This document shows, piece after piece, positions 52,134 to 62,864 of a DNA stretch of 64,000 nucleotides (the first letter of the stretch is position 1; every line of letters begins with the position of its first letter). The position numbers were made by a program, and so were the translations under genes. Under the pieces are notes generated by a model that did no database searches, was not told the DNA's origin, and was given only the letters and a program-made list of their open reading frames with translations. The stretch covers positions 11,621 through 75,620 of the forward strand of contig JBQCHI010000029.1 in assembly GCA_051954835.1 (NCBI GenBank). The letters run 5' to 3'. The stretch is from Protaetiibacter sp. (GTDB lineage: Bacteria; Actinomycetota; Actinomycetes; Actinomycetales; Microbacteriaceae).

Positions 52134-55100
52134 ATGCGCTCTCGTCGATCTGTCCTCGTGTCCGTCGGCGCCGCTCTGGCGCTCGTCCTCGGGGCGATCG
52201 CCGCCCCCGCTCACGCCGCCGACCCCGCTCCCGACTTCTCGGGTGGCGCGGTGAGCCCTGAGGGTCCTCCGGAGGACGGCGCCCGCACGAAGAGCGGCCA
52301 GCTCGCCGAAAGCGACGCGGCGCTGCTGGCCCGCGCAGATGCCGAGGTCGTTCCGGTCATGGTGAAGGTCGACGTCGACCCCGTGGCCTCCTACACCGGC
52401 GACGTCGACGGCTACCCCGCGACGAGCCCCGAGGTCACCGGCAAGGAGCTCCCGCTCTCCGACGCCGCGGTCGCGAGGTACCTCGCATACGTCGAGGGGG
52501 TCATCGCCGAGACCCGAAAGGCGATCACCTCGGCCGTCCCGTCGGCCAAGGCGATGGAGAGCTACGCCGTCGCCTACGGCGGTCTCGCCATGACCGTGCG
52601 AGCGCGGGATGCCAAGGCGGTGTTGGCGGTCGAGGGCGTCGCCGCGGTGCAGGCGAACTCGCTGCGGCACCTGCCTGCTTCGGCGAGCGACGCGCTGTCT
52701 GCCTCGGCGGCCGCGGTCTCCACCCAGGGAGCAGCCGTCGCGGCCCAGGGCGCCGGGGGAGGCCTCGACAACGACGCGAGCACCTTCATCGGCGCCGATG
52801 CGGTGTGGCCTGCCCTCGGCGGTCGCGACAAGGCAGGCGCGGGCGTGATCGTGGGCGTCATCGACACCGGGATCTGGCCCGAGCACCCGATGCTCGCCGA
52901 CAACGGCCTCGCGGCGCCTGCCGGCGGACCGTGGGCGTGCGAGTTCGGCGACGGAGGCGATGACGACTTCTCCTGCAACGACAAGCTTGTCGGCGCCTAC
53001 GCCTTCCTCGACACCTACCGCGCACTCAACGACGTCGGCGTCGAGGACTTCTGCTCGGCATCCGCGTGCTCGGCGCGCGACTCCGACGGGCATGGCACGC
53101 ACACCGCGACCACCGCAGCGGGCGACTACGTCACGAGCGCGCCCATCTTCGGCGTCGACCGCGGGCCCGTGAGCGGGATCGCCCCCGGAGCATCCGTCAT
53201 CGCCTACCGCGCGCTCGGTCCGGAGGGCGGGTACACCTCCGACCTGCTCGCCGCCGTGCAGCAGGCGATCGTCGACGGCGTCGACGTCATCAACTACTCC
53301 GTCAGCGGATCGGCGTCGGCCTACACGGATGCGGTGGAACTCGCCTTCCTCGACGCCTACGCGGCAGGGGTCTCGGTCAACGCCTCGGCGGGCAACGACG
53401 GCCCGGGCGCCTCGACGGCGAACCACGCCGGTCCGTGGGTCACCACCGTGGCGGCATCCACCTTCGACCGGCAGTTCGCCTCGACGCTCACGCTCACCGC
53501 GGCCGACGGGGCCAGCTACGCGAAGGCCGGCGCGACGCTCACCCAGGGGGTGACCGACACGCCCGTGGTGCTCGCAGCATCCGTGCCCGGCTACACGGGT
53601 GGTGCGCTCTGCCTCGAGCCGTTCCCGGCCGGATCGCTCGACGGCCAGGTCGTGGTGTGCGCGCGTGGCGAGAACGGGCGCGTCGAGAAGGGATACAACG
53701 CACTGCAGGGCGGGGCCGCGGGGATGATCCTCTACAACCCGACCGCGAGCGACGTCGAGACGGACAACCACTTCCTTCCCGCGATCCACCTCGAGGGTCC
53801 GAACGACGAGCTGCTCGCATTCCTCGCGGCGCACGCCGGGGTCACGGCGACGTGGGGCGCTGGCCAGTCGACGGCCGCGCAGGGGGACGTGATGGCGGGC
53901 TTCAGCTCGCGCGGTCCGATCGGCGAGTTCATCAAGCCCGACATCACCGCGCCGGGCGTGCAGATCCTCGCGGGTCACACGCCCGCATCGACCGACCTCG
54001 CGACGGGACCTCAAGGCGAGCTGTACCAGGCGATCGCCGGCACCTCGATGTCGTCGCCGCACGCGGCAGGAGTCTCGGCGCTCATGATCGCCGCTCATCC
54101 GAACTGGACGCCCGGCCAGGTGAAGTCCGCGCTCATGACCTCCTCGGTGCAGAGCGTCGTGAACCCGGACGGCACGCCGGCGGGCGTCTTCGATCGCGGC
54201 GCGGGCAGCATCCGGGCCGACCGGGCCATCGCGCCGACCCTCACGATCAGCGAGACCGCGGAGGACTTCGCCGCCGGTGCCGCCGATCCGCTGAGCCGCC
54301 TCGATCTCAACATCCCGAGCATCCTGGTCGACCCGCTGCCCGGTGCCGCGGTCGTCACGCGCACGGTGACGAACGTGAGCGGTAAGACGCAGAGCTTCTC
54401 GGTATCGGCATCGTTCGCGGATGGGGTGCAGGCGTTCGTGACGCCGTCGCACTTCACCCTGCCGGCGGGCAAGTCGAAGACCCTCACGATCGTGCTGAGC
54501 GGGATCAACGCCCAGGACGGCTGGCACGAGGGTCAGCTGACGATCGCGGCCACGCGGGGTGCGGCCGTGCCCGTCGTGCTGCCGGTCGCGGTCAACGTGG
54601 GAGAAGCGGCGCTCGCGCTCGCGCAGTCGTGCACGCCCACCGAGCTCAAGCGCGGCACGACCTCGACATGCACCGTCACGGCGTCGAGTTCGCTGCCGGT
54701 CGACGTGCAGGCCACGATCGATGTGCTCGCGAGCCCGATCCTCAAGGTGACGAAGGTCACCGCGCCCGCGACGAAGCGCGTGTTCGGCGCCACCTGGACG
54801 GGCACGCTCACCGCCGCCCTGCCGCCGACCATCGACGCGGTCACGGGAGTCGATCCCTCCGACGTCGTGAGCGGCTACCTGCCTCTCGCGGACTTCGGTA
54901 TCGCGCCGGTCGCCGGGATGGGTGATGAGAGCATCGTGAACTTCACGGTTCCTGCCTTCACCTACGGTGGCGAGGTCTACGACCGCATCGGCGTCGTGTC
55001 GAACGGCTACGTCGTGGTGGGCGGCGGGGGTGCGGCCGACGTCGAGTACGAGCCGCCGGCATCCTTCCCCGACCCGGCGACGCCGAACAACGTGATCGCC

Positions 55101-55544
55101 CCGTTCTGGACCGACCTCAACCCGGCAGCCGGGGGTCAGATCCGCGTCGGCTCGCTCAGCGACGGCGTCAACGACTACCTCGTGGTGGAGTGGACCGACG
55201 TTCCTGCCTGGAGCGGGGGTGCGAACACCTTCCAGGTCTGGATCCAGCTCGGCGCGACCGAGAGCACCTGGATGACCTACGACGGCGGCCTCACCGCCGA
55301 CACCGCATCCGGATCGCTCACCGGCGCTGAGAACCGCGACGGCACGAGCGGCGTGACGGTCACCGACGTCGACACCGATCTGGCCTACGTCGTGCAGACG
55401 AGCCCGCCGACCGCCGGCGGCGCCGTGACCTTCGACTACACCGTGAAGGGTCTGCTGCCCGGCACCTGGTCGACCTCGGCAACCCTGCGATCGGATGCGA
55501 TCAACACGATCCCGATCGAGGTCACCAAGATCCGCGTGCGCTGA
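52134..55544 (+). CDS. Secreted multidomain subtilisin-family (S8) serine protease
   Basis: Signal peptide MRSRRSVLVSVGAALALVLGAIAAPAHA. I9-like propeptide. Catalytic D (VGVIDTGIWPEHP), H (DSDGHGTHTATTAAG), N (SAGNDGPG) and S (GTSMSSPHAAG). An inserted PA domain, an Fn3-like domain, and about 330 extra C-terminal residues. Confidence 0.9.
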   Translation: MRSRRSVLVSVGAALALVLGAIAAPAHAADPAPDFSGGAVSPEGPPEDGARTKSGQLAESDAALLARADAEVVPVMVKVDVDPVASYTGDVDGYPATSPEVTGKELPLSDAAVARYLAYVEGVIAETRKAITSAVPSAKAMESYAVAYGGLAMTVRARDAKAVLAVEGVAAVQANSLRHLPASASDALSASAAAVSTQGAAVAAQGAGGGLDNDASTFIGADAVWPALGGRDKAGAGVIVGVIDTGIWPEHPMLADNGLAAPAGGPWACEFGDGGDDDFSCNDKLVGAYAFLDTYRALNDVGVEDFCSASACSARDSDGHGTHTATTAAGDYVTSAPIFGVDRGPVSGIAPGASVIAYRALGPEGGYTSDLLAAVQQAIVDGVDVINYSVSGSASAYTDAVELAFLDAYAAGVSVNASAGNDGPGASTANHAGPWVTTVAASTFDRQFASTLTLTAADGASYAKAGATLTQGVTDTPVVLAASVPGYTGGALCLEPFPAGSLDGQVVVCARGENGRVEKGYNALQGGAAGMILYNPTASDVETDNHFLPAIHLEGPNDELLAFLAAHAGVTATWGAGQSTAAQGDVMAGFSSRGPIGEFIKPDITAPGVQILAGHTPASTDLATGPQGELYQAIAGTSMSSPHAAGVSALMIAAHPNWTPGQVKSALMTSSVQSVVNPDGTPAGVFDRGAGSIRADRAIAPTLTISETAEDFAAGAADPLSRLDLNIPSILVDPLPGAAVVTRTVTNVSGKTQSFSVSASFADGVQAFVTPSHFTLPAGKSKTLTIVLSGINAQDGWHEGQLTIAATRGAAVPVVLPVAVNVGEAALALAQSCTPTELKRGTTSTCTVTASSSLPVDVQATIDVLASPILKVTKVTAPATKRVFGATWTGTLTAALPPTIDAVTGVDPSDVVSGYLPLADFGIAPVAGMGDESIVNFTVPAFTYGGEVYDRIGVVSNGYVVVGGGGAADVEYEPPASFPDPATPNNVIAPFWTDLNPAAGGQIRVGSLSDGVNDYLVVEWTDVPAWSGGANTFQVWIQLGATESTWMTYDGGLTADTASGSLTGAENRDGTSGVTVTDVDTDLAYVVQTSPPTAGGAVTFDYTVKGLLPGTWSTSATLRSDAINTIPIEVTKIRVR

Positions 55545-55554
55545 GTCGGGAGGT

Positions 55555-55588
55555 CACGCGGGGCTCGTCCGACGACGAGCCCCGCGTG
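55555..55588 (+). terminator. Strong stem-loop terminator after the S8 protease gene
   Basis: CACGCGGGGCTCGTC-cgac-GACGAGCCCCGCGTG, a 15-bp perfect stem starting 11 nt after the stop. No U-tract, which is common in high-GC actinobacteria. Confidence 0.6.
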
Positions 55589-55613
55589 GCGCGCGAGCGA
55601 TAGCCTGGCCGAG

Positions 55614-56174
55614 ATGACACGCGACTACGACGGCACCGACTACTCCGAGCTCGAGCCCTCGAGCGCGTTCGCGGGGGTACCCGACGGCTTCGCCCGGTTG
55701 TGGACGCCGCACCGCATCGCCTACATCGAGCAGGGCGGCGCCGTGCCCGACGACGGCTGCGTCTTCTGCACGGCCCCGACCCTCTCCGACGAGCAGGCGC
55801 TCATCGTGCATCGCGGAGAGAAGGTGTACGCGCTGCTCAACCTGTTCCCGTACAACAGCGGTCACCTGCTCGTGGTGCCCTACCGACACATCGCGCTCTA
55901 CGACGAGGCGGATGCCGCGGAGGTCGCCGAGATCGGCGCGATCACGCAGACGGCGATGCGCGTCATCCGCAAGACCTCGCACGCCGATGGTTTCAACCTG
56001 GGCATGAACCAGGGAGCGATCGCGGGCGCGGGCATCGCCGCCCACCTGCACCAGCACGTCGTGCCCCGCTGGGCGACGGATGCCAATTTCTTTCCGATCG
56101 TCGCGCGCACGAAGGCGCTCCCGAAGCTCCTCGGCGAGGCCCGTCAAGAGATCGCCGACGCCTGGCCGTCGTAA
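55614..56174 (+). CDS. HIT-family nucleotide hydrolase/phosphorylase (Ap4A phosphorylase-like)
   Basis: LLNLFPYNSGHLLVVP and the histidine triad AAHLHQHVVPRW. It has the same position as Rv2613c relative to thrS (from memory). Confidence 0.88.
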   Translation: MTRDYDGTDYSELEPSSAFAGVPDGFARLWTPHRIAYIEQGGAVPDDGCVFCTAPTLSDEQALIVHRGEKVYALLNLFPYNSGHLLVVPYRHIALYDEADAAEVAEIGAITQTAMRVIRKTSHADGFNLGMNQGAIAGAGIAAHLHQHVVPRWATDANFFPIVARTKALPKLLGEARQEIADAWPS

Positions 56175-56187
56175 GCCGGCTCTGCCC

Positions 56188-57051
56188 CTATCGAAGCTGC
56201 CGCACGACGAACTGCATGCGCGGGTGCGCGTAGTACTCCTGCGACTCCACGAGTTGCAGCTCGCGCGCCCCGGCCTCGTGCGTCATGCGCAGCAGATCCC
56301 ACACGCTCGAGGTGGTGCGGGCGAGCGCCTCGGGGGCGCTCCGCGTGGCGAGGTAGTGGGCCGTGAAGAGGGCCGCGGTCACGTCTCCCGAGCCGTTGGC
56401 CTTGAGCGGCAGCAGCGGCGTCTGCACGATCCACGCTCCCGAGTCGTCGACGACCATCATCTCGATCGTGTCGGGTTCGCGGTCCGGGCGCTCGACGCTC
56501 GTCACGAGCACCGTACGCGGACCCATCGCGCGCGCCGCATCGGCGGAGGCGAGGGTCGACGCGATCGTGTCCGGCGCGGTCTCGGTCAGGAAGCCGAGCT
56601 CGAACTGGTTCGGGGTGATGATGTCGGCGACCGGCACCACGCGCTCGCGGAGCAGTACCGGGATCTGCGGGGCGACGAAGCATCCGGACTTCGCGTTGCC
56701 CATGACGGGGTCGCACGCGTAGACGGCGTCCGGGTTCGCGGCCTTCACGCGTGTGACAGCGTCGATGATGACGTCGCCGATCCCCTCGGAGCCCTGGTAG
56801 CCCGACAGCACGGCGTCGAGCTGGGGGAAGACCCCGCGCTCGTCGACACCGGTGATGACCTCGCGCACGTCGTCGGGTGAGATGAGGGGCCCGCGCCACG
56901 CGCCGTAGCCGGTGTGGTTCGAGAAGGTGACGGTGTAGACCGGCAGCACCTCGACTCCGATCCGCTGGAGGGGGAACACGGCGGCCGAGTTGCCGACGTG
57001 CCCATAGGCGACGGCCGACTGGATCGAGAGGATCTTCACCCGTTCGATCAT
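56188..57051 (-). CDS. pdxK: Pyridoxal/pyridoxine/pyridoxamine kinase
   Basis: ATG 57051 (MIERVKILSIQSAVAYGHVGNSAAVFPLQ..). YACDPVMG and the ribokinase-family anion hole NGSGDVTAALF. Confidence 0.88.
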   Translation of the reverse strand: MIERVKILSIQSAVAYGHVGNSAAVFPLQRIGVEVLPVYTVTFSNHTGYGAWRGPLISPDDVREVITGVDERGVFPQLDAVLSGYQGSEGIGDVIIDAVTRVKAANPDAVYACDPVMGNAKSGCFVAPQIPVLLRERVVPVADIITPNQFELGFLTETAPDTIASTLASADAARAMGPRTVLVTSVERPDREPDTIEMMVVDDSGAWIVQTPLLPLKANGSGDVTAALFTAHYLATRSAPEALARTTSSVWDLLRMTHEAGARELQLVESQEYYAHPRMQFVVRQLR

Positions 57052-57113
57052 GCCACCGCCGAGCCCGTGGCTCGGCGCGGCAGGTGCCGCAGAAGATGGC
57101 ATGCGCCGCGGAA

Positions 57114-57119
57114 TAGAAT
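57114..57119 (+). promoter_or_regulatory. Candidate -10 box (TAGAAT) placed for a leaderless pdxS transcript
   Basis: TAGAAT ends 6 nt before the A of the pdxS ATG (57126). There is no Shine-Dalgarno sequence in between. Confidence 0.35.
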
Positions 57120-57125
57120 CCCTGC

Positions 57126-58026
<901 letters not shown>

Positions 58027-58037
<11 letters not shown>

Positions 58038-58626
58038 GACGCCGCGCGTCGGCGTCCTCGCACTCCAGGGGGATGTGCGGGAGCATCTCGCGGTGCTGCG
58101 CGAGCTCGGCGCGGATGCGGTCGCCGTGCGGCGCCCCGAGGAGCTCGCGTCGGTGGCGGGGCTCGTCATCCCGGGTGGCGAGTCCAGCGTGATCGACAAG
58201 CTGAGTCGGAACTTCGGTCTCGCTGAGCCGCTGAAGGCACGGATCGCCGATGGCATGCCCGCCTACGGCACGTGCGCGGGTCTCATCCTGCTCGCGAACA
58301 CCGTGCTGGACGCGATCGAGGGTCAGCAGAGCTTCGGCGGGCTCGACGTGGCCGTGCGGCGCAACGCCTTCGGCAACCAGAACGATTCCTTCGAGACCGA
58401 TCTCGACATCCCGCAGCTGGGAAGCCCAGCCGTGCACGCGGTCTTCATCCGCGCGCCCATCGTCGAATCGGTCGGTGCGGATGCCACGGTGCTCGCCGCA
58501 CTCGGCGACGGCCGCGTGGTCGCCGTCGAGCAGGGCAACCTGCTGGGCACCTCGTTCCATCCTGAGATGACGGGGGAGCAGCGCTTCCACGCGCGGTTCC
58601 TCGAACGGGTACGCGCCGCGGCCTGA
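58027..58626 (+). CDS. pdxT: Pyridoxal 5'-phosphate synthase, glutaminase subunit
   Basis: GTG 58027 overlaps the pdxS end by 11 nt. [13 protein letters not shown], nucleophile GTCAGLILL, and FHPE His-Glu. Confidence 0.9.
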
Positions 58627-58681
58627 GTCGCCGTCTCGATCGGGGTCGCGCGTCGGGGGCGCGGCGCGCCATGCTGGGCGC

Positions 58682-59317
58682 ATGAAGCTCTACGCGGACT
58701 TCGGGCCCCGCCGGGCCCGGCAGATCATCGCCGACCTGGTCTCGCTCGCCATCCTCGCGCTGGCCATCGTCGCCGGCATCACGGTGTACGGGGCGATCGC
58801 GGCCGTCGGGCGCGCATTCGCCCGCGTGGAGGAGGCCGGCACGGGTTTCCAGGGCACCATGGGCGAGCTCGGCGATTCGCTCGGCGGGGTTCCCCTCGTC
58901 GGAAACGGTGTGCGTGAGCTGTTCGCCTCGGCGGCGGGCGCGGGTGGGTCGCTCGCGGATGCGGGGCGCACCGGTCAGGCCGTCATCGAGTCGATCGCCG
59001 TCGGTGCCGGTCTCGGCGTGGCCCTCGTGCCGATCGCCGTGCTGCTGCTGGCGTGGCTGTGGCCGCGTGTGCGTTTTGTGCGCCGGGCCGGCGCGACGCG
59101 CGCCCTGCTCGCGCTCGACGACGGGCCAGCTCTGCTGGCTCTCCGCGCCCTCGACGATGCCGACGCCCGCGAGCTCGCGGCGATCTCGCCGCATCCCGTT
59201 CGCGCCTGGCTCGCCCAGGAATCCCAGGTCGTGCAGCGCCTCGCCGCGCTCGAGGCCCGGGAGGCGGGCATCCGCCTGCCCGAAGCATCCGCCGCGACGG
59301 CTGCACCGACGCGCTGA
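58682..59317 (+). CDS. Hypothetical membrane protein (2 TM helices)
   Basis: 211 aa with good codon bias. Helices IIADLVSLAILALAIVAGITVYGAIAAV and VGAGLGVALVPIAVLLLAWLW. No family recognised. Confidence 0.55.
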   Translation: MKLYADFGPRRARQIIADLVSLAILALAIVAGITVYGAIAAVGRAFARVEEAGTGFQGTMGELGDSLGGVPLVGNGVRELFASAAGAGGSLADAGRTGQAVIESIAVGAGLGVALVPIAVLLLAWLWPRVRFVRRAGATRALLALDDGPALLALRALDDADARELAAISPHPVRAWLAQESQVVQRLAALEAREAGIRLPEASAATAAPTR

Positions 59318-59364
59318 GGAGGCCCCGCTAGACTTGCCCGCGGATTTTCATCGAGAGGGGCACC

Positions 59365-60126
59365 GTGAGCGGGCATTCCAAGTGGGCCACGACGAAGCAC
59401 AAGAAGGCCGTCATCGACGCGCGCCGTGCCAAGTCCTTCGCGAAGCTCATCAAGAACATCGAGGTCGCGGCCAAGATCGGCGGGGCGGACCTCGCGGGCA
59501 ATCCCACGCTGTACGACGCGGTGCAGAAGGCCAAGAAGACCTCGGTTCCGAACGACAACATCGATCGCGCGATCAAGCGGGGCGCCGGGATCTCGGGTGA
59601 GGCCGTCGAGTATCAGAGCATCATGTACGAGGCCTACGGGCCGAACGGCGTCGCGCTCATGGTGGAGTGTCTCACCGACAACAAGAACCGCGCGGCCGCC
59701 GAGGTACGCACGGCACTGAGCCGCAACGGTGCGACCCTCGCCGACCCTGGTTCGGTGGCCTACAACTTCAGCCGCAAGGGCGTCATCTCGATCACGAAGG
59801 CCGACGGCGTCACCGAGGATGCGATCCTCGAGGCCGTCATGGAGGCGGGTGTCGAGGATGTGGTCGACCAGGGTGGCGGGTTCGAGGTCATCACCGATCC
59901 GTCCGAACTCGTGGCAGCGCGCACCGCCCTGCAGGAGGCCGGCCTCGACTACGACTCGGCCGAGGCGGAGTTCGTGCCGAACCTCAAGGTCGAGGTCGAT
60001 CTCGAGACCGCGAAGAAGGTCTTCCGCATCATCGACGCGCTCGAGGACAGCGACGACGTGCAGAACGTCTTCAGCAACTTCGACATCCCGGCCGAGGTGC
60101 AGGCCGAGCTCGACGCCGAGGACTGA
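59365..60126 (+). CDS. yebC: YebC/PmpR-family transcriptional regulator
   Basis: GTG follows [45 protein letters not shown] is the family signature N-terminus. Confidence 0.93.
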   Translation: MSGHSKWATTKHKKAVIDARRAKSFAKLIKNIEVAAKIGGADLAGNPTLYDAVQKAKKTSVPNDNIDRAIKRGAGISGEAVEYQSIMYEAYGPNGVALMVECLTDNKNRAAAEVRTALSRNGATLADPGSVAYNFSRKGVISITKADGVTEDAILEAVMEAGVEDVVDQGGGFEVITDPSELVAARTALQEAGLDYDSAEAEFVPNLKVEVDLETAKKVFRIIDALEDSDDVQNVFSNFDIPAEVQAELDAED

Positions 60127-60150
60127 CGCATCCCCGGCCAGGCGCTGCGC

Positions 60151-60711
60151 GTGCTCGGGATCGACCCCGGGCTGACCCGCTGCGGCGTGGGAATCGTCGA
60201 CGTGCAGCCCGACCGGCGCGTGTCGCTGGTTCACGTGGGCGTCATCCGCACCCCCGCGGATGCCGAGCTGCCCGCGCGACTGCTCGCGATCTCCGACGGC
60301 ATCGCCGCGGCCATCGCCGAGTTCCAGCCCGACGCCGTGGCGGTCGAGCGCGTCTTCGCGCAACACAACCTGCGCACGGTCATGGGCACCGCGCAGGCGA
60401 GCGGCATCGCCGTCGCGAAGGCGGCGGAGGCCGGCCTCGCCGTGGCATTGCACACGCCGAGCGAGGTCAAGGCGGCTATCACCGGATACGGCGCAGCCGA
60501 CAAGGCGCAGGTCGGCGCGATGGTCGCGCGGGTGCTGGGTCTCGCCGAGGTCCCGCGGCCCGCGGATGCCGCCGATGCCCTCGCGCTCGCGATCTGCCAC
60601 GGCTGGCGTGGGGGAGCCACCGCACCCGACGCCGGAAGCGCCGGCGGATTGACTCCGGCGCAACGGGCGTGGCGCGCCGCCGAGAAGTCGTCGGCGAAAC
60701 GTAGACTCTAG
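60151..60711 (+). CDS. ruvC: Holliday junction resolvase RuvC
   Basis: [23 protein letters not shown] and [13 protein letters not shown] carry the catalytic acidic residues. Confidence 0.92.
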   Translation: MLGIDPGLTRCGVGIVDVQPDRRVSLVHVGVIRTPADAELPARLLAISDGIAAAIAEFQPDAVAVERVFAQHNLRTVMGTAQASGIAVAKAAEAGLAVALHTPSEVKAAITGYGAADKAQVGAMVARVLGLAEVPRPADAADALALAICHGWRGGATAPDAGSAGGLTPAQRAWRAAEKSSAKRRL

Positions 60712-60714
60712 AAC

Positions 60715-61326
60715 ATGATTTCGAGTGTCCGCGGCACGGTGCTGCATGTCGCGGGCGGTGCCGCCGTCATCGAGGTGGGCGGCGTGGGGATGTCGGTCGC
60801 GCTCACGCCGGAGCACGCCCTCCGGCTGCGCCTGGGCTCGGAGGCGTTTGTGCACACCGCGCTCATTGTGCGTGAAGACGAGCTGAGCTTGTTCGGTTTC
60901 GCGTCGCGTGAACAGCTCGAGCTCTTCGATCTGCTGCGCAGCGTCTCGGGCGTGGGTCCCAAATCCGCCCTCGGCGTGCTCGCCCAGCTGGCCCCCGACG
61001 AGATCGCACGTGCCGTCGCCGAGGAAGACGACGCCCCCTTCCGCAGGGTGTCGGGCATCGGCCCCAAGACGGCGAAGCTCATCACGGTGTCGCTTGCGGG
61101 CAAGCTCGTCGCGCCCGTCTCGGCGCGGCCCGCCGGTGTCGTCGTCGCGCCCGACGCGGATGTCGTGGCGGCGCTCGTGGGTCTGGGCTGGCCCGAACGC
61201 GCGGCGGCCGCCGCCGTCTCTGAACTGCTCGCCGAACTCGGCGGATCGGCCCCGACCGAGGTGCCGGCCCTGCTGCGTCTCGCGCTCGGCCGCCTCGGAC
61301 CGCAGCGCGCAGGAGTTCGGCTGTGA
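60715..61326 (+). CDS. ruvA: Holliday junction branch-migration protein RuvA
   Basis: MISSVRGTV.., [30 protein letters not shown] and [12 protein letters not shown] (HhH motifs). Confidence 0.92.
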   Translation: MISSVRGTVLHVAGGAAVIEVGGVGMSVALTPEHALRLRLGSEAFVHTALIVREDELSLFGFASREQLELFDLLRSVSGVGPKSALGVLAQLAPDEIARAVAEEDDAPFRRVSGIGPKTAKLITVSLAGKLVAPVSARPAGVVVAPDADVVAALVGLGWPERAAAAAVSELLAELGGSAPTEVPALLRLALGRLGPQRAGVRL

Positions 61327-62363
61327 GCGATCCGATCACGACGCCCGATCCCGAGTCGGAGGCGGAACTCGCTTTCGAGGGGGCGCTCCGCCCGCGCAGC
61401 CTCGCGGAGTTCGTCGGGCAGTCCAAGGCTCGCGGTCAGCTGCAGCTGCTGCTCCAGGCGGCGGAGTTGCAGCAACGCGCCCCTGATCACATCCTGCTCG
61501 CCGGCCCGCCCGGACTCGGCAAGACGACGCTCGCGATGATCGTGGCGCACGAGGGTGCGCGCCCGCTGCGGATGTCGAGCGGCCCCGCTATCCAGCACGC
61601 GGGCGATCTCGCGGCGCTGCTGTCGAGCCTCGTGCCGGGTGAGGTGCTCTTCATCGACGAGATCCATCGCATGGCGCGCAGCGCCGAGGAGATGCTCTAC
61701 CTCGCGATGGAGGACTTCCGCATCGACATCATGGTCGGCAAGGGTGCCGGGGCCACGAGCATCCCGCTCGACCTCGCACCCTTCACCCTCGTGGGGGCGA
61801 CGACGCGATCCGGGCTGCTGCCCAATCCTCTGCGCGATCGCTTCGGCTTCACGGCGCACCTCGAGTTCTACGACGATGGCGAGCTCGACGAGGTGCTCGC
61901 GCGCGCGGCCCGCCTGCTCGGGCTCGATCTGGCCCCGGACGCCCGGGCCGAGATCGCCTCGCGCAGCCGCGGCACGCCCCGGATCGCGAACCGCCTGCTG
62001 CGGCGCGTCCGTGACTACGCGCTCGTGCATCGGCGGCCCGCCGACCACACTGCGGTGAGCGAGGCCCTCGAGCTCTACGACGTCGACCCGTTGGGCCTCG
62101 ACCGTCTCGACCGCGCGGTGCTGGAGGCGATCCTCGTGCGCTTCGACGGCGGCCCGGTCGGACTCTCGACGCTCGCCGTCTCTGTGGGGGAGGAGGCCGA
62201 GACGATCGAGTCGGTCGTCGAGCCCTTCCTCGTGCGTATCGGCATGATCAGCCGTACCCCGCGAGGTCGCGTGGCCGCGCCGCGCGCGTGGGAGCATCTG
62301 GGGATCCGCCCCCCGAGTGCGGGACGTGCCGGCGCCCGGACGCTCTTCGACGATGACGTATGA
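61323..62363 (+). CDS. ruvB: Holliday junction ATP-dependent DNA helicase RuvB
   Basis: [12 protein letters not shown], Walker [12 protein letters not shown], Walker B LFIDEIHR, and [16 protein letters not shown]. 4-nt overlap with ruvA. Confidence 0.95.
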   Translation: MSDPITTPDPESEAELAFEGALRPRSLAEFVGQSKARGQLQLLLQAAELQQRAPDHILLAGPPGLGKTTLAMIVAHEGARPLRMSSGPAIQHAGDLAALLSSLVPGEVLFIDEIHRMARSAEEMLYLAMEDFRIDIMVGKGAGATSIPLDLAPFTLVGATTRSGLLPNPLRDRFGFTAHLEFYDDGELDEVLARAARLLGLDLAPDARAEIASRSRGTPRIANRLLRRVRDYALVHRRPADHTAVSEALELYDVDPLGLDRLDRAVLEAILVRFDGGPVGLSTLAVSVGEEAETIESVVEPFLVRIGMISRTPRGRVAAPRAWEHLGIRPPSAGRAGARTLFDDDV

Positions 62364-62438
62364 TTCTCGGGGACCGCGACGCCTCGATCCGTAGGTCGTG
62401 CGCAGTTCTCCCTCATCCCGGAAGGCTTTCCTCTCCCC

Positions 62439-62861
62439 ATGGACTTCACACTGATCCTGCTCGCCGGCCTGCTGGTGGTCATGATCTTCTTCACCTGGCG
62501 CAGTTCCCGCAAGCGCAAGGCCGACGCCGAGGAGATGCAGACCAAGCTGCAGCCCGGCGCGGAGATCATGACGCAGCACGGCATCTTCGGCACGCTCATC
62601 TCGCTCGACGACGAGAACAACGAGGCGATCATCGAGACGACGCCGGGCACCCGCCTGCGCGTGCACCGTCAGGTCATCGTGCGGGTCATCGACCCCACCG
62701 AGAACGCAGACGTCGACCTCGACGCCGTCGACGAGGCCGATGTCGAGACGCCGCTCGAGGTCGCCGACGACGCGCCGGCCGACACCACCGAGCCGGAGTT
62801 CGGCGAGCGCACGGAGAAGCCCAAGCGCGCACCGCGCAAGAAGCCCACCGAGACCGAGTAA
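62439..62861 (+). CDS. yajC: Preprotein translocase subunit YajC
   Basis: N-terminal TM LILLAGLLVVMIFFTWR, then LQPGAEIMTQHGIFGTLISLDD, the YajC core. The acidic C-terminal tail is an extension. Confidence 0.88.
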   Translation: MDFTLILLAGLLVVMIFFTWRSSRKRKADAEEMQTKLQPGAEIMTQHGIFGTLISLDDENNEAIIETTPGTRLRVHRQVIVRVIDPTENADVDLDAVDEADVETPLEVADDAPADTTEPEFGERTEKPKRAPRKKPTETE

Positions 62862-62864
62862 CCC

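Noticed and set aside
49401-54527. 1708-aa minus-strand ORF, the longest in the window
   Set aside because: It is antisense to thrS and the S8 protease, both of which have clear catalytic motifs on the plus strand. It is a shadow frame with no recognisable domains.
51951-55613. S8 protease as a horizontally acquired genomic island or mobile element
   Set aside because: There is no integrase or transposase, no flanking direct repeats, no adjacent tRNA, and by eye no GC or codon-usage break inside the gene. Only the synteny argument remains, and that is kept as a finding.
55554-56147. 197-aa minus-strand ORF
   Set aside because: It is antisense to the HIT gene, which has a clear histidine triad. 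Its 3' end runs through the terminator hairpin.
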